Under the pieces are notes generated by a model. It was not told the DNA's origin. It was given only the letters and a program-made list of their open reading frames with translations, and did not search any database. DNA of 64,000 bases from Spirulina sp. (GTDB lineage Bacteria > Cyanobacteriota > Cyanobacteriia > Phormidesmidales > Phormidesmidaceae): positions 89,808-153,807 of the forward strand of contig JBIPSI010000012.1 in NCBI GenBank assembly GCA_044070495.1. Direction: 5' to 3'. Positions 41,062 to 52,232 of the stretch are shown piece after piece (position 1 is the stretch's first letter; each line of letters starts with the position of its first letter). The translations under genes and the position numbers were made by a program.

Positions 41062-41148
41062 ATGGTTAGCAACACAACGTTTCATATTTTCTGGCAATCG
41101 GGTGTTTCGGTCTTTGGGTTTCTGCTGCTCGTTATCCTGCTAGCCTAG
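41062..41148 (+). CDS. 28-aa small membrane protein (not in ORF track)
   Basis: MVSNTTFHIFWQSGVSVFGFLLLVILLA*, preceded by a GAGGT RBS in an AT-rich promoter-like region. Confidence 0.5.
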   Translation: MVSNTTFHIFWQSGVSVFGFLLLVILLA

Positions 41149-41316
41149 CCCTCTCCCCGTACAATACCAGCCTGGGTTCTACGATTCTCCCTAGACCTAT
41201 CCAGACAGATTCAGGACAATCCCCTTTCCCATCCCGTCGTCCCATCCCCTACAGCCACCTTTTTCGTTCACGCCCTGAGCGATCTGCCCCACCTTTCATC
41301 ATGCTCGGCCAGGGGT

Positions 41317-42288
41317 CTAAGACAACATCGCCGCCAAGGCCCCGTTCAGACTGGCTTTCACCGATGCGGCGGATCGTTGTAAGGCATCCTCCTCCGCCGG
41401 AGTTAGCGCTAGCTCGATAATGCGTTCCACCCCGCGTTTGCCCAGTTGGCAAGGAACGCCCAAATAGAGATCGCTCAAGCCATACTGCCCCTCTAGATAG
41501 GCGGCGGTGGGTAGGATGCGAGACTGCCCCAGCAAAATGGATTCCACCATGGCGCAGGTGGCCGCCGCTGGCGCATAGTAGGCTCCCCCCAGCTTCAGGA
41601 GAGAGACAATTTCCGCTCCACCGTGGCGAGTACGTTCGATGGCGGCTTGAATACGATCTGGCGGCAGCAGTTCGGTGACCGGAATGCCGCTAACGGTGGA
41701 ATAGCGGGGTAAGGGCACCATTAAGTCTCCGTGACTGCCTAGTACCATCGCCGCCACATCCCCGGAGGGCACCCCCAACTCCATGGCCAAAAAGGTTTGG
41801 AACCGGGCTGAATCGAGCACCCCGGCCATCCCCATCACCCGGTGGGCGGGCAAGCGGCTAACGTTCCAAGCCAGGTAGGTCATCACATCGAGGGGATTGG
41901 TGACCACCAGGATACTGGCCTGGGGAGAGTAGGCCACGGCCTTCTGGACGGCCTCCGCCACAATGGTGCCATTGGTGAGCATGAGATCCTCGCGGCTCAT
42001 GCCAGGACGACGAGGCAGCCCAGCGGTAATCACCAGCAGATCGGAACGGGCGGTGTCTGCGTAGTCGTTGGTGCCGATAAGGGTGTGGCTATAGCGTCCG
42101 TGGCTGCGGGCCTGGGTGAGGTCTAGGGCAAGCCCCTGGGGTCGGTCGGCAATGATGTCGAACAGAACCACGTTGGCGAGATCTCGCTCGGCAATCCGTT
42201 GGGCAAGGGCGCTACCAACATTACCAGCCCCCACAATGGTAACTTGGCTTTCGTTGCAATAGGCTAGGGAAGGAAGGGAAGTGGTCAT
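41317..42288 (-). CDS. mdh: Malate dehydrogenase (LDH-like)
   Basis: [35 protein letters not shown]. Confidence 0.95.
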   Translation of the reverse strand: MTTSLPSLAYCNESQVTIVGAGNVGSALAQRIAERDLANVVLFDIIADRPQGLALDLTQARSHGRYSHTLIGTNDYADTARSDLLVITAGLPRRPGMSREDLMLTNGTIVAEAVQKAVAYSPQASILVVTNPLDVMTYLAWNVSRLPAHRVMGMAGVLDSARFQTFLAMELGVPSGDVAAMVLGSHGDLMVPLPRYSTVSGIPVTELLPPDRIQAAIERTRHGGAEIVSLLKLGGAYYAPAAATCAMVESILLGQSRILPTAAYLEGQYGLSDLYLGVPCQLGKRGVERIIELALTPAEEDALQRSAASVKASLNGALAAMLS

Positions 42289-42594
42289 GGGTAGTTAGTT
42301 CCAATGGCGACCATAACTCTATTGTCTTTACGCCTATAGGCGACTGTCTCGTAGTTGTTGATATTCTTAATTTTATTGAGTTTTCTTTGATCCCTCTTTG
42401 TTTTAGATGCTTAATTCATAGGTCTAGACTCTCCTAATTTAAGGAAAACGAGCTTTTTGATAGGAGGCTATCTCAGTAATTTCTCGTATTTTTCGGCTTT
42501 CCTATTACGTTTCTTGTCGCCACAGTGACGCCCCTCTTAATTGACAAAAGATTCTGCACCGGGCGCGGCAACCGCGCCCCTACCGTATGCTGGG

Positions 42595-43335
42595 CTAAAA
42601 CATCTCGCCCATCGGCTCTGTGGTAATCAGGGTGAAGGATTCTGCAATGGCCACAGCGTCTTGGGGATCAATATCCTTGCAGGCGTCAAAGGTGGCAAAG
42701 AGCGCTTTGATCTCCGCCGCCCCGGTGAGGCGATAGTAGCCGGAGGGGCCAGCCAGCCAGTCGGTATAGAGGTTGGGTTCGGGGAATTTGGCCTGCCATT
42801 CGGGGTCGGAATATTTGCCGTAGTTGAGTCCGTAGCTGGGATTACCGTTTTCGTCGGTAAACAGCGGGGGCTTGATGGGCACCCGGTTTTCGGTGGCCAG
42901 GGGCGTTAGGGTGCCACCATCGACATACTCCACGGCAAAGCACTGGTTACTGGCGTTTTGGTACACAATCAGGTAGCTGGTACCCATGTCGCCTTGGGTA
43001 ATGCGTAGATCGGCCACCTGAAAGGCAGGCGGCACGGTTCCCGGCACCACCACATCAATCCCTAGGCTGGTAAGTTGGGCCACTTGGTCGGGGGAAAGCT
43101 GGGCCAGGAAGGCTCCTGGGGGCGGCGGCGGCGGGGCCAATGGATCGTTCTCGCCAGCGGGGGATTGGGGGTCGGCCTCCAGGGCCATGGAGTTGGGCGC
43201 ATCTCCGGTGGCCGGGTTAGATTCGGCAGGGGCCGATCCGCTGGGAACCGGGCGATCACAGGCCGCAGGCAGTAGACCTAACAGCACGGCACCGATCAGT
43301 CCAGCCCATCGTGACCCGGTGAATCCATGACCCAT
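42595..43335 (-). CDS. Hypothetical lipoprotein
   Basis: Signal with LPAAC lipobox, Pro-rich linker. Confidence 0.75.
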   Translation of the reverse strand: MGHGFTGSRWAGLIGAVLLGLLPAACDRPVPSGSAPAESNPATGDAPNSMALEADPQSPAGENDPLAPPPPPPGAFLAQLSPDQVAQLTSLGIDVVVPGTVPPAFQVADLRITQGDMGTSYLIVYQNASNQCFAVEYVDGGTLTPLATENRVPIKPPLFTDENGNPSYGLNYGKYSDPEWQAKFPEPNLYTDWLAGPSGYYRLTGAAEIKALFATFDACKDIDPQDAVAIAESFTLITTEPMGEMF

Positions 43336-43469
43336 AGCGATTTCCTCTAAACCTCGTACCTTTGTCATTGTGGCTCACCCCGTGGCCCATCCGGTGCTCT
43401 GCCTTGGGAGAGTGGGTATTGCCCTCGCAATGTGGCAAGATCAACCCACTGAGAGTTGGGAGTCCGTCG

Positions 43470-44846
43470 TTGTCTAAATTACCGCCTCTGCCCTTGCCAG
43501 TGAAGTTGGCCTATGGCATGGGAGAGCTGGCGGCGGCTGTCCCGGCTAGTTTGTCGGCCTTTTTTGTGCTGTATTTTTTTACCACCGTGGCGGGGCTAAA
43601 TCCGGCCCTGGCGGGGAGCGTGATTCTAATCGGGCGGCTGTGGGATGCCATCAACGACCCCCTGATTGGCTGGCTGAGTGATCGCACGGTGTCTCCCTTG
43701 GGGCGGCGGTTTCCGTGGATGCTGGGCGGCATGGTGCCCATGGCTCTCACCGCTATGCTGCTGTGGGTGGTGCCGCCCTTCCAAACCCAGGGCGGCATTT
43801 TTGCCTACTACGTTGTGCTGTCGCTGTTTGCCTTTGCCTCCTTTACGGCGGTGCAGTTGCCCTACACCGCCCTCGCCGCCGAGCTTTCCGATGACTACGA
43901 CGAACGCACCACTCTGATTGGGACGAAAGCGGCCTTCAGCATTGGCGGGGGCATTTTGGCGCTGGTCATGGCCCAGGTGGTGTTTGGCCGAGTGGCGGAT
44001 CCCGAACGACAGTACGCCATTTTGGGTATCCTCTCCGCCTGCCTCGCGATTGTGATGGTGCTCCTCTGCGTGGCGGGTACCTACCGCCGCTACTGGCAGG
44101 CCCAAAAAGCCCACGCCAGCCTGCACCCCCCAGAGGGCTTCACCTCCCTGTTGGCGGATGTGCGAAGCGTGTTTGCCAACAGCGCCTTTCGGAAGGTGTT
44201 GGGGCTATACCTATGCAGTTGGATGAGTGTGCAGGTGACCGCCGCCATGCTGCCCTACTTTGTGGGGGCCTGGATGGGCCTACCCGAAACCCACTTTGCC
44301 CAGATGGCCCTAGCCGTACAGGGAACCGCCATCGCCATGCTGGTGGTCTGGAACCGAGTGGCCCACTGGACGAGCAAACGTACCGCCCTGATGCTAGGCG
44401 CACCCCTAGCCATGATGGCGCTGATGGGACTCATCACCGTGCAACCCGGACAGGAGGGCTGGATGTATACCCTAGGTGTGGTAGCCGGGATGGGCGTGGC
44501 CACCCTCTACCTGATCCCCTTTGCCATGCTGCCCGATGTGGTGGATTTAGACGAACTGCAAACCGGACGCCGACGGGAAGGACTTTACTTCAGCGCCCTG
44601 GTGTTTCTGCAAAAGTTTGGCCTAGCGGCGGCCATCTTCCTATCCGGCCAGTTACTGCACTGGACAGGCTACGACCCCCAAGCCGCCGCTCAACCCCCCC
44701 AAGCCCTCTGGGCCATTCGCCTGCTGATTGGCCCCCTACCCGCCACCCTGTTGATCGGTAGCCTCTGGTTTGCCTACCGCTACCCCATCGACCGAGATCG
44801 CCATCGCCAAATCCTAGAAGCCCTCGAAGTCCAGCGCCACCAATAA
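43470..44846 (+). CDS. MFS transporter, glycoside-pentoside-hexuronide (MelB-like) family
   Basis: WDAINDPLIGWLSDRT, PYTALAAELSDDYDERT, RREGLYF. Confidence 0.92.
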   Translation: MSKLPPLPLPVKLAYGMGELAAAVPASLSAFFVLYFFTTVAGLNPALAGSVILIGRLWDAINDPLIGWLSDRTVSPLGRRFPWMLGGMVPMALTAMLLWVVPPFQTQGGIFAYYVVLSLFAFASFTAVQLPYTALAAELSDDYDERTTLIGTKAAFSIGGGILALVMAQVVFGRVADPERQYAILGILSACLAIVMVLLCVAGTYRRYWQAQKAHASLHPPEGFTSLLADVRSVFANSAFRKVLGLYLCSWMSVQVTAAMLPYFVGAWMGLPETHFAQMALAVQGTAIAMLVVWNRVAHWTSKRTALMLGAPLAMMALMGLITVQPGQEGWMYTLGVVAGMGVATLYLIPFAMLPDVVDLDELQTGRRREGLYFSALVFLQKFGLAAAIFLSGQLLHWTGYDPQAAAQPPQALWAIRLLIGPLPATLLIGSLWFAYRYPIDRDRHRQILEALEVQRHQ

Positions 44847-44936
44847 GCAACCCCACCGCAATCCCGCAGGGTGCAGTCGCGGCACCAGATCTCTTTCAAC
44901 CTGTGAGATCCACCCCCTTGGCCGCAAGGCACCCCC

Positions 44937-45077
44937 CTAGCGACGGCGGCGGCAGCGTTCGGAGCAGTATTTCACCTCGTCCCAGCAGTCGGCCCACTTT
45001 TTGCGCCAGGTAAAGGGTCGTTGGCACACCGGGCAAACCTTGGTCGGCAAATCTGCCTTAGAGCGTTGTTTGGCCAT
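44937..45077 (-). CDS. DUF2256 small Cys-rich protein
   Basis: [35 protein letters not shown] (46 aa, below track cutoff). Confidence 0.9.
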   Translation of the reverse strand: MAKQRSKADLPTKVCPVCQRPFTWRKKWADCWDEVKYCSERCRRRR

Positions 45078-45337
45078 CCTAATGTCCCTCCTTATATCCA
45101 GGTTCTAGATGCTTAGGATGCTTGAACAATCAAGATTCTGGGGTTTTGGACAGACCATAGCTATCGTCCCTTGGGCTAGGACATTCAGACGACGTTCAAA
45201 CGGGGGAACGTTCTAACCTTGAAAGGGGCAATGTCTTAACTAGACTGGCTACAGCTATAGATCCTAGGGTGCTTGGGTTGATAGACGAAGGTAGGACGAA
45301 ACCCCGACGTCAAAGCCTGGGCCTGGGGTGGAAATGC

Positions 45338-46672
45338 CTACAAATCCCGATGGGTGAAGGGTTTGGCCTTGGGGCCGCTGTAGGTGGTCGAGACATGGCC
45401 ATCCCCCACCACTTGGTATTTGTAGGTGACGAGACCTTCTAGACCCACTGGCCCACGGGGCGGCATTTTTTGGGTGCTAATGCCCACCTCGGCCCCAAAG
45501 CCGTAGCGGAAGCCGTCGGCAAAGCGCGTCGAGCAGTTGTGGTAGACCCCCGCCGCATCCACCTCGGCCATGAACTGGGCGGCGGTAGCGGCATTTTCGG
45601 TGACGATGGCGTCGGTGTGGCGAGAGCCGTAGGTGTTGATGTGGGTCACGGCGGCCTCCAGATCATCCACCACTTTGAGGGCCAGAATCAGGTCACTGTA
45701 TTCCGTGGCCCAGTCCTCCTCGGCGGCGGGTATTAGGTCGGGCAGAATGTGCCGAGATGGCTCATCCCCCCGCAGTTCCACCCCGGCCTCCCTCAGGGCA
45801 CTGGCGAGGATGGGCAGGGCGGTGGCGGCGATGGCCTGGTGAATTAGCAGGGTTTCGATGGCGTTGCAGGCCGAGGGATAGGCGGCCTTGGCATCTACGG
45901 CGATGGTAGTGGCTTTGGCCAAGTCGGCTTCGGCATCGATATAGAGATGGCAAATGCCGTCCGCATGGCCCAACACGGGGATGCGGGTGTTGTTTTGCAC
46001 AAAGCGCACAAAGGCGTTGGAACCCCTAGGGATAATCAGATCAATGTATTCATCCAGAGCCAGCATGGCCTGGGTTTCTTCGCGGGTGGTGAGCAACTGC
46101 ACCGCCGCCGGATCAAACCCCGCCGCTTCGAGGCCCTGTTTGATGGCCACCACCAGGGCCATACAGGACTGCACCGCTTCCTTGCCGCCCTTCAAAATCA
46201 CCCCATTGCCAGATTTCACGGCTAGGGCCGAAATCTGCATGACCGCATCGGGCCGCGACTCAAAAATCACCCCCAGTACCCCCAGGGGGCAGGTGATCCG
46301 CTTCAGCACCAGTCCCGCATCTAGTTCCCGATGAATCTGCACCGTCCCCACCGGATCGGGCAGTTTGGCCACATCGCGCAGGCCCGTAATGGCCCCCCGC
46401 AGCTTCACCGCATCCAGCTTCAGTCGTTCGTAGAGGGGCTTAGCCAGGTGATCCCGCAGGGCTGCGTCGCAATCCGCCTGGTTTGCCGCCACAATCGCTG
46501 CTTCGTGTTGCTCTAGGGCGGTGGCGATGGCCTCGATGGCGCGATTTTTGTCGGCGGTGGTGGCGGTGGCCAGCCCCTGGGCGGCGCGGCGGGTAGCCTG
46601 GGCCAAGGGCGTGAGGGAGTGGGGAGTGGGGAGTGGGGAGTGGGAGGATTGGGCGGCAGGAGAAGCAGTCAT
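45338..46672 (-). CDS. proA: Glutamate-5-semialdehyde dehydrogenase
   Basis: [37 protein letters not shown]. Confidence 0.97.
   Translation of the reverse strand: MTASPAAQSSHSPLPTPHSLTPLAQATRRAAQGLATATTADKNRAIEAIATALEQHEAAIVAANQADCDAALRDHLAKPLYERLKLDAVKLRGAITGLRDVAKLPDPVGTVQIHRELDAGLVLKRITCPLGVLGVIFESRPDAVMQISALAVKSGNGVILKGGKEAVQSCMALVVAIKQGLEAAGFDPAAVQLLTTREETQAMLALDEYIDLIIPRGSNAFVRFVQNNTRIPVLGHADGICHLYIDAEADLAKATTIAVDAKAAYPSACNAIETLLIHQAIAATALPILASALREAGVELRGDEPSRHILPDLIPAAEEDWATEYSDLILALKVVDDLEAAVTHINTYGSRHTDAIVTENAATAAQFMAEVDAAGVYHNCSTRFADGFRYGFGAEVGISTQKMPPRGPVGLEGLVTYKYQVVGDGHVSTTYSGPKAKPFTHRDL
46615..46642. repeat. Heptamer (gggagtg)x4 in the proA 5' end
   Basis: Directly visible; encodes HSPLPTPHS. 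Confidence 0.85.
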
Positions 46673-46757
46673 GATCAGCGGTATGCAGTGCAGGGACTAG
46701 ATAGTCTAGTGTATCGCTCCCGTCGCCAGGATTGAGCCCTGGCGGTCGCCCGTAGAT

Positions 46758-46997
46758 CTAGTCCTCGCCACCTTCACCGTTCTCGCCACCATCATCGTCG
46801 TCACCCTCCTCGCTGTCGTCACCCTCCTCACCGCCTTCGTCATCATCGGCATTGGGGGCATTTTCATTCATGGTTTCTGCGGGGGGCGTCCCTGTACCGC
46901 CATCGCCACCTGGATTAGCGGGGCCACCGCAAGCCGCAACTGTTGTCATTAAGCCAAGCGTCAGGAACAACTCTACGGATTTGAGGGATGTTTTCAT
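46758..46997 (-). CDS. Small acidic lipoprotein with EGGE motifs
   Basis: VAAC lipobox, tail DDEGGEEGDDSEEGDDDDGGENGEGGED. Confidence 0.75.
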   Translation of the reverse strand: MKTSLKSVELFLTLGLMTTVAACGGPANPGGDGGTGTPPAETMNENAPNADDDEGGEEGDDSEEGDDDDGGENGEGGED

Positions 46998-47047
46998 GGG
47001 TATCGACCTAGGCTTTAGCCATTATGGGAGCGTAGATCAGCCTAGTC

Positions 47048-47070
47048 TTATTGATACTCCATGTCAATAA
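47048..47070. promoter_or_regulatory. Inverted repeat TTATTGA-N9-TCAATAA (Fur-family-like operator)
   Basis: Perfect 7-bp arms about 50 nt upstream of the EGGE lipoprotein. Confidence 0.5.
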
Positions 47071-47197
47071 AATACCCGTAGAGTGCGAGGCTTTGCGGCG
47101 TTGTGTCCGGTGTCTAGGGCTCACAGACCCATCGTTTCTACTCCATGGCCAGGGCGCAAGATCTCCCCCCCGCCGATCTAGTTCGACCTCCCCCCAA

Positions 47198-48631
47198 TCA
47201 CCCTTGCCAGGTGCCGTGGAAACTGTGGGGAATCACCTCCGGCAGCGGCAGACGGGCAATAGGATCTCCGCCAAAGGCGTTGCCGTCGTAGATCCACACT
47301 TCGCTGCGGTGGTCGTGGCTGTTGTAGACCACGGTGATCACCCAGTGCTGGCCGGGGTCATGGCGATCTGAGACCGGAATCGCCTCCGAGGGGTAATAGC
47401 CGGGGCCAGTTTCGGCCAGGGTTAACGCTTGGGTTTGGGGGTTGAACTGGGCTACGGCATCGAAAAAGTCGCCCGTGGGGGTGGGTACCGTGCGGTGGGC
47501 GCTGAGGTAGGTAAGGGCTGGCCCTTCGGCGGGGGCATAGGCAACGGGGAATTCGCAGTGGCGATCCACCCCACAGTGTTGCTCCAAAATTTTGCCGCTG
47601 TGGGGGTCGATGCGGTAGTGCCAAAGCCGCGCCTCGGCGGGGGTGAGGATTTGGCCAGCGGCGACTTCCTGAAGCTGCTGGTTGGTGGCAAAGTCGGCGT
47701 AGCGCACCAGGTCGAGGCCGATGGTGTCGTCGCTATTCAGGACGCTGTGGCCAAAATGCCATTGATACCAGGGTTCCGCCTGCTCCCAGGCTAGAACTTC
47801 CAGGCTGTCGGCCTCCACCACAATAATTTGGGTGCCCCACTTGGGCTGCCATTGCAGGGCGTCGCTAAAGGTTTGCAAGCTAAACACCGCTGGCAATGGG
47901 TTCAGCCGCACCGGAGACACGCAAAACACCAGGTAGCGGTCGGCTAGGGCGAAGTCGTGGATCAGCGGAATGCCGTTGAGGTCGATACGTTTGGTGTCCT
48001 TAACGTGACCGCTCGGATTGCAGCGGTAGATTTGCAGAACGGGTCGCCCTCCGGCGATAACCCCCACATTAAAAATCTCCCCGGTGCGGGGGTGGCGCTT
48101 GGGGTGGGCCGAAAAGGTATCGCTGGGGCGCAGACTGCCCAGGGTGTCGATGCCGTGGGTTTCCAGGGTTTCTAAATCCAGCCCGTGGGGCAAGCCCGCC
48201 TCCCACAGGGCCAGCAGCCGATCCGGTAGGGCCAGCACCGAGGTATTGGCGGCATTTTTCACCTGACTTTGCCAGCGCTGCCACAGGGAACCGGGGGCAA
48301 AGCTGCCATAGCCGCGATAGAGATACTGATCGGCGGCTTCTTCGTCCTGGAAGCCCGCCGACTGCACGTAGCGGTAGGTGGCTACGGCCTGTTCATCGGC
48401 AAACTGCACCCGCAAAATCGCCCCATCGCCATCAAACCAGTGGCCCGCCCTCTGCCCACCCCGTTCTAGCCGAGCAGGGCCATTGCGGTAGAGGGTGCCC
48501 TGCAATCCGGCAGGGATCTGTCCTGTCAAGCACTGGATCGGCGTGGCCGCAAACTCCGAGGCGGGCTGGGATAGCGCCTTCGCCCAGGCAAAGGACGGCA
48601 CAACGGGAGAGGGCGGCGCAGACAAGGACAT
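47198..48631 (-). CDS. Carotenoid oxygenase (RPE65 family)
   Basis: LYRNGP, HWFDGDG, FSAHPK, IHDF, HSFHG. Confidence 0.92.
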   Translation of the reverse strand: MSLSAPPSPVVPSFAWAKALSQPASEFAATPIQCLTGQIPAGLQGTLYRNGPARLERGGQRAGHWFDGDGAILRVQFADEQAVATYRYVQSAGFQDEEAADQYLYRGYGSFAPGSLWQRWQSQVKNAANTSVLALPDRLLALWEAGLPHGLDLETLETHGIDTLGSLRPSDTFSAHPKRHPRTGEIFNVGVIAGGRPVLQIYRCNPSGHVKDTKRIDLNGIPLIHDFALADRYLVFCVSPVRLNPLPAVFSLQTFSDALQWQPKWGTQIIVVEADSLEVLAWEQAEPWYQWHFGHSVLNSDDTIGLDLVRYADFATNQQLQEVAAGQILTPAEARLWHYRIDPHSGKILEQHCGVDRHCEFPVAYAPAEGPALTYLSAHRTVPTPTGDFFDAVAQFNPQTQALTLAETGPGYYPSEAIPVSDRHDPGQHWVITVVYNSHDHRSEVWIYDGNAFGGDPIARLPLPEVIPHSFHGTWQG

Positions 48632-48957
48632 GGCGATCAGGCTAGGACAATGTCTTTATCTTATCGCCGTTGATTCTGACCCTTGTTGGCAGAAAACCGA
48701 TTTCTCGTCCAGCGTTAGCCCTGGGTTCAGGATAGTTTAGAGACCGAATATTTAGCTCCTCGCCTAAAATCCCCCGTAGGAGGGGAGACTTGGACTCCGA
48801 ATCCCCCTTTGCAACGGCGACTTAGAATTGGGTTCTCCCTTGGTTAAGGGAGGCTAGGCCGCACAACCTGCGACAGCCTCTCGCGTTCGGATCGCCCCTC
48901 AGCCTCGTACAATATAGGATGGATTTTTTCGCATACAGGATTTCGAGGAGAGCAGCC

Positions 48958-49305
48958 ATGCCACAGGCCGTAGGGTCCTTAGAGACCAGAGGGTTTCCCC
49001 CCGTTCTAGCCGCCGCCGATGCGATGGTGAAGGCCGGACGTGTCACATTAATCGGTTATATTCGGGCGGGGAGTGCCCGGTTTGTGGTGAATATTCGCGG
49101 CGATGTGTCTGAGGTGAAGGCCGCCATGGCCGCAGGCGTGGAAGCGGCGGAAAATACCCCCGGCGGCATTCTCGAAACCTGGGTAATCATCCCCCGTCCC
49201 CACGAAAACGTAGTGGCGGTGCTGCCCATCGACTTCAATGAAGAGGTGGAAATCTACCGTCAGGCGGTGGAGGTGCCCATTCTCCCCGGTGCTACCGGGC
49301 GCTAG
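48958..49305 (+). CDS. ccmK: Carboxysome shell hexamer (CcmK4/K5-like)
   Basis: AADAMVKAGRVT, GSARF, RGDVSEV, WVIIPRPHENVVAVLPIDF. Confidence 0.92.
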   Translation: MPQAVGSLETRGFPPVLAAADAMVKAGRVTLIGYIRAGSARFVVNIRGDVSEVKAAMAAGVEAAENTPGGILETWVIIPRPHENVVAVLPIDFNEEVEIYRQAVEVPILPGATGR

Positions 49306-49370
49306 GCCGAGTTCCGTAGAGGGCGCTGAGGTACTCAACGAATCTCACAATTAAGGTCAAGCTTAAGGTG

Positions 49371-49405
49371 GCGCTAGGGTCAAAAACACCCTAGCGCTTT
49401 TGTTT
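49371..49405 (+). terminator. Rho-independent terminator after ccmK
   Basis: gcgctagggt-caaaaac-accctagcgc-ttttgttt. Confidence 0.75.
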
Positions 49406-49582
49406 GTCTGCCCTTGGGGCTATCTTGCCCATCCTAGGGGCAGCCACCAACGGTAGCCTTAACCCTAGAGGCTGGGAGGAATCGGCAAGCTTTGGAGTTC
49501 CACCGTTTCAGGAATAGCCCACGGGATCGCCAATCGGGGTTGCGGATTCAGGGAGGTGTTGCGGACTCAGAAAATGGTTTGG

Positions 49583-50671
49583 CTAAAACAACGTGCATTG
49601 ACCGTGGTGGCGCAGCAGATGATCGCACAGCACCAGGGCCATCATCGCTTCTACCATGGGCACCGCACGGGGCAACACGCAGGGATCGTGGCGGCCACGG
49701 GCGGAGAGGACGGTGGCTTCGCCGCTGTTGGTGACGGTGTTCTGGGCCTTGCGGATGGTGGCGGTGGGCTTAAAGGCGGCGCGGATGATGATGTTTTCGC
49801 CGTTGGAGATGCCGCCCTGGGTGCCGCCGGAACGGTTGGTGCGGGTGCGCAGTTGGCCGTTTTCGTCGGTGTAGTATTCGTCGTTATGTTCACTGCCGGG
49901 GAGCAGGGTGCCCGCAAAGCCGGAACCGAGTTCAAAGCCCTTGCTGGCGGGGAGAGACATCACCCCCTTGGCCAAGTCCGCCTCCAGCTTGTCAAACACC
50001 GGATCCCCTAGGCCCACGGGCACCCCACGGGCCACGCACTCCACCACGCCGCCAATGGAGTCGCCCTGGTCGCGGATGGCTTCAATGCGGTCGATCATTT
50101 GCTCGGCGGCGGCGGCATCGGGGCAGCGCACGATGTTGCTTTCCACCTGGGCTAGGGTGACGGTTTCGGGATCGACGGTGCCTTCTAAATCCTGGATGCG
50201 CTTAACGTAGCCGATAATGTCTACCTCGGCCACCTGCTGGAGAATTTTCTTGGCTACAGCCCCCGCCGCCACTCGGCCAATGGTTTCCCGAGCCGAGGAT
50301 CGCCCGCCGCCCTGGTAGTTGCGAAAGCCGTATTTGGCGTCGTAGGTGGCGTCGGCGTGGGAGGGGCGATAGGTGGTGGCCATCTCGCTATAGTCCTGGG
50401 GGCGGGTGTCTTGGTTACGCACCAGGATGGAAATGGGTGTCCCCAGGGTTTTGCCTTGAAATACGCCGGAGAGAATTTCGCAGCGGTCGCTTTCCTTGCG
50501 GGGGGTGGTAATTTTGCTTTGGCCCGGTCGTCGCCGATCTAGCTCCGCCTGGATTTCCTCCACGCTTAGCTCTAGCCGGGGTGGACAGCCATCAATCACC
50601 ACTCCTACGCCGCCACCGTGGGACTCGCCAAAGGTGGTAATGCGAAATAGCTGCCCAAAAGTACTGCCCAT
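49583..50671 (-). CDS. aroC: Chorismate synthase
   Basis: [27 protein letters not shown]. Confidence 0.98.
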   Translation of the reverse strand: MGSTFGQLFRITTFGESHGGGVGVVIDGCPPRLELSVEEIQAELDRRRPGQSKITTPRKESDRCEILSGVFQGKTLGTPISILVRNQDTRPQDYSEMATTYRPSHADATYDAKYGFRNYQGGGRSSARETIGRVAAGAVAKKILQQVAEVDIIGYVKRIQDLEGTVDPETVTLAQVESNIVRCPDAAAAEQMIDRIEAIRDQGDSIGGVVECVARGVPVGLGDPVFDKLEADLAKGVMSLPASKGFELGSGFAGTLLPGSEHNDEYYTDENGQLRTRTNRSGGTQGGISNGENIIIRAAFKPTATIRKAQNTVTNSGEATVLSARGRHDPCVLPRAVPMVEAMMALVLCDHLLRHHGQCTLF

Positions 50672-50894
50672 AGGATCGGTCTTGCCAGAATTTAAGGTGT
50701 AAGGTTTCTCGATCCTACTATTTCACTCCCCTCCCTGGGTATTTTCCTAGTGGGTAGGTCGATCAGCGGGAGTCTGCGGAGGATGACTTAGACCTAGCTG
50801 TAACCTGTCAAAGCCTTGTCTAGCAAGGGTTACGGTTGGTTAACCCATCCTGCCTGAGCCCTGATCATTAACCTGTCCCATCAACCTGTCCCCT

Positions 50895-51776
50895 CTACTT
50901 ATCTTCTTTATCTTCCCGATCTTCGAGCTTGAGGAAGTAGCGGGGGTTCACCGCCTGCCCGTTGCGATAGATGCCGTAGTGCAGGTGGGGGCCGGAGGAA
51001 CGTCCGGTGTTGCCCAGATAGCCAATAATGTCGCCGCGCTGCACCTGATCGCCCATGGTTACCGTCATGCGAGACAGGTGGGCGTACAGGGTTTCGTACT
51101 GATAGCCGTGGTCGATTGTGACGTGGTTACCGTAGCCGCGATCATAGTCGGCCTTCACCACGGTGCCATCGGCGGTGGCTAAAATCGGTTGCCCCACTGG
51201 CCCCGCAAAGTCAATTCCTTCATGGACTTCGTAGCTACTGCCGCCAAAGGGGTTCGACCTCAGCCCAAATTCTGACGAGACCTTGGCCTCCCCCGCTACG
51301 GGTTTGCCATCGGGAAACGCCGCCTGCTGATCGGCCTCGGCCTCTAGGGTGGCTTCTAAGGCCGGACGCACATCCGCCGTCAACACCGCCGACAGCACCG
51401 GAAGCTGCCGCTGGGCAGCGGCCAACATCAATTCTGGCGGTGCGGTGGCCGCTGGGCCACCCTGGGGGGTGCTTTCTGGATCTGGAGAAACGTCCCATTC
51501 CTCCTCACCAACCCCGGCCCGATGCTTCAGCACTTCAATTTCGCTGCCGATGGCATTCAGATCCGTCAACACCTCATTGGCCGTATGGGTCAGGGCTTCG
51601 TTTTGCTGGGCCAACCGCCAATTGTGGTAGGCCAGTGCCGCAATCGAGGCCGTCGGTATCCCGATCAGCAAGGTTGCAGAGGCTAGGACAGCCCAAGGGT
51701 TGAGGGTGATGGTAATGGGTTCCTTGCCCGTCGCCGTAATGAGCACGGTGTAGGGTTTGAGTGGACGAAGAACCAT
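50895..51776 (-). CDS. M23 family metallopeptidase
   Basis: HEGIDF, YAHL, TGRSSGPHLHY. Confidence 0.92.
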   Translation of the reverse strand: MVLRPLKPYTVLITATGKEPITITLNPWAVLASATLLIGIPTASIAALAYHNWRLAQQNEALTHTANEVLTDLNAIGSEIEVLKHRAGVGEEEWDVSPDPESTPQGGPAATAPPELMLAAAQRQLPVLSAVLTADVRPALEATLEAEADQQAAFPDGKPVAGEAKVSSEFGLRSNPFGGSSYEVHEGIDFAGPVGQPILATADGTVVKADYDRGYGNHVTIDHGYQYETLYAHLSRMTVTMGDQVQRGDIIGYLGNTGRSSGPHLHYGIYRNGQAVNPRYFLKLEDREDKEDK

Positions 51777-52232
51777 GGCAAGGGCGTTCTAGTGAAGGAA
51801 TGTAAAGAAATTATTATACGGGGATCAATGCTTTTCCACAAATTCAGGCTTGATTTGCAGGCAAAAGACCCCGCGCCCGGCTCGGTTACCGCACCCCTAC
51901 AGCATTTGGACAATGGGGGGCAGGTCTCCTGCCCCTTTAATAGATCTGGTGATAGATCTGGGCTCTGGTAAGTTTGGTCAGACAACCAGGGTCTTGGATC
52001 GGGTTCCCCAGGCAGGAGGTTTGGCCCAGGGTCGCTGCATCCGCTAGACGGCTAGGCACAGGTCCCCTTGGCGATTTCCTAACGCTCCGATCAGATAGCC
52101 GCTAGAATCGGAAGCGCAGGGCGTGCACTTGCCCGAAGTGATAGAAGTTACACTGTCCCTGACAGGCTTGTCCCCGGCCTTCCGAAGCCCTGCCCCATGC
52201 CTTAGGGGTAGGGTGCGGCTCCATCTGACCTG

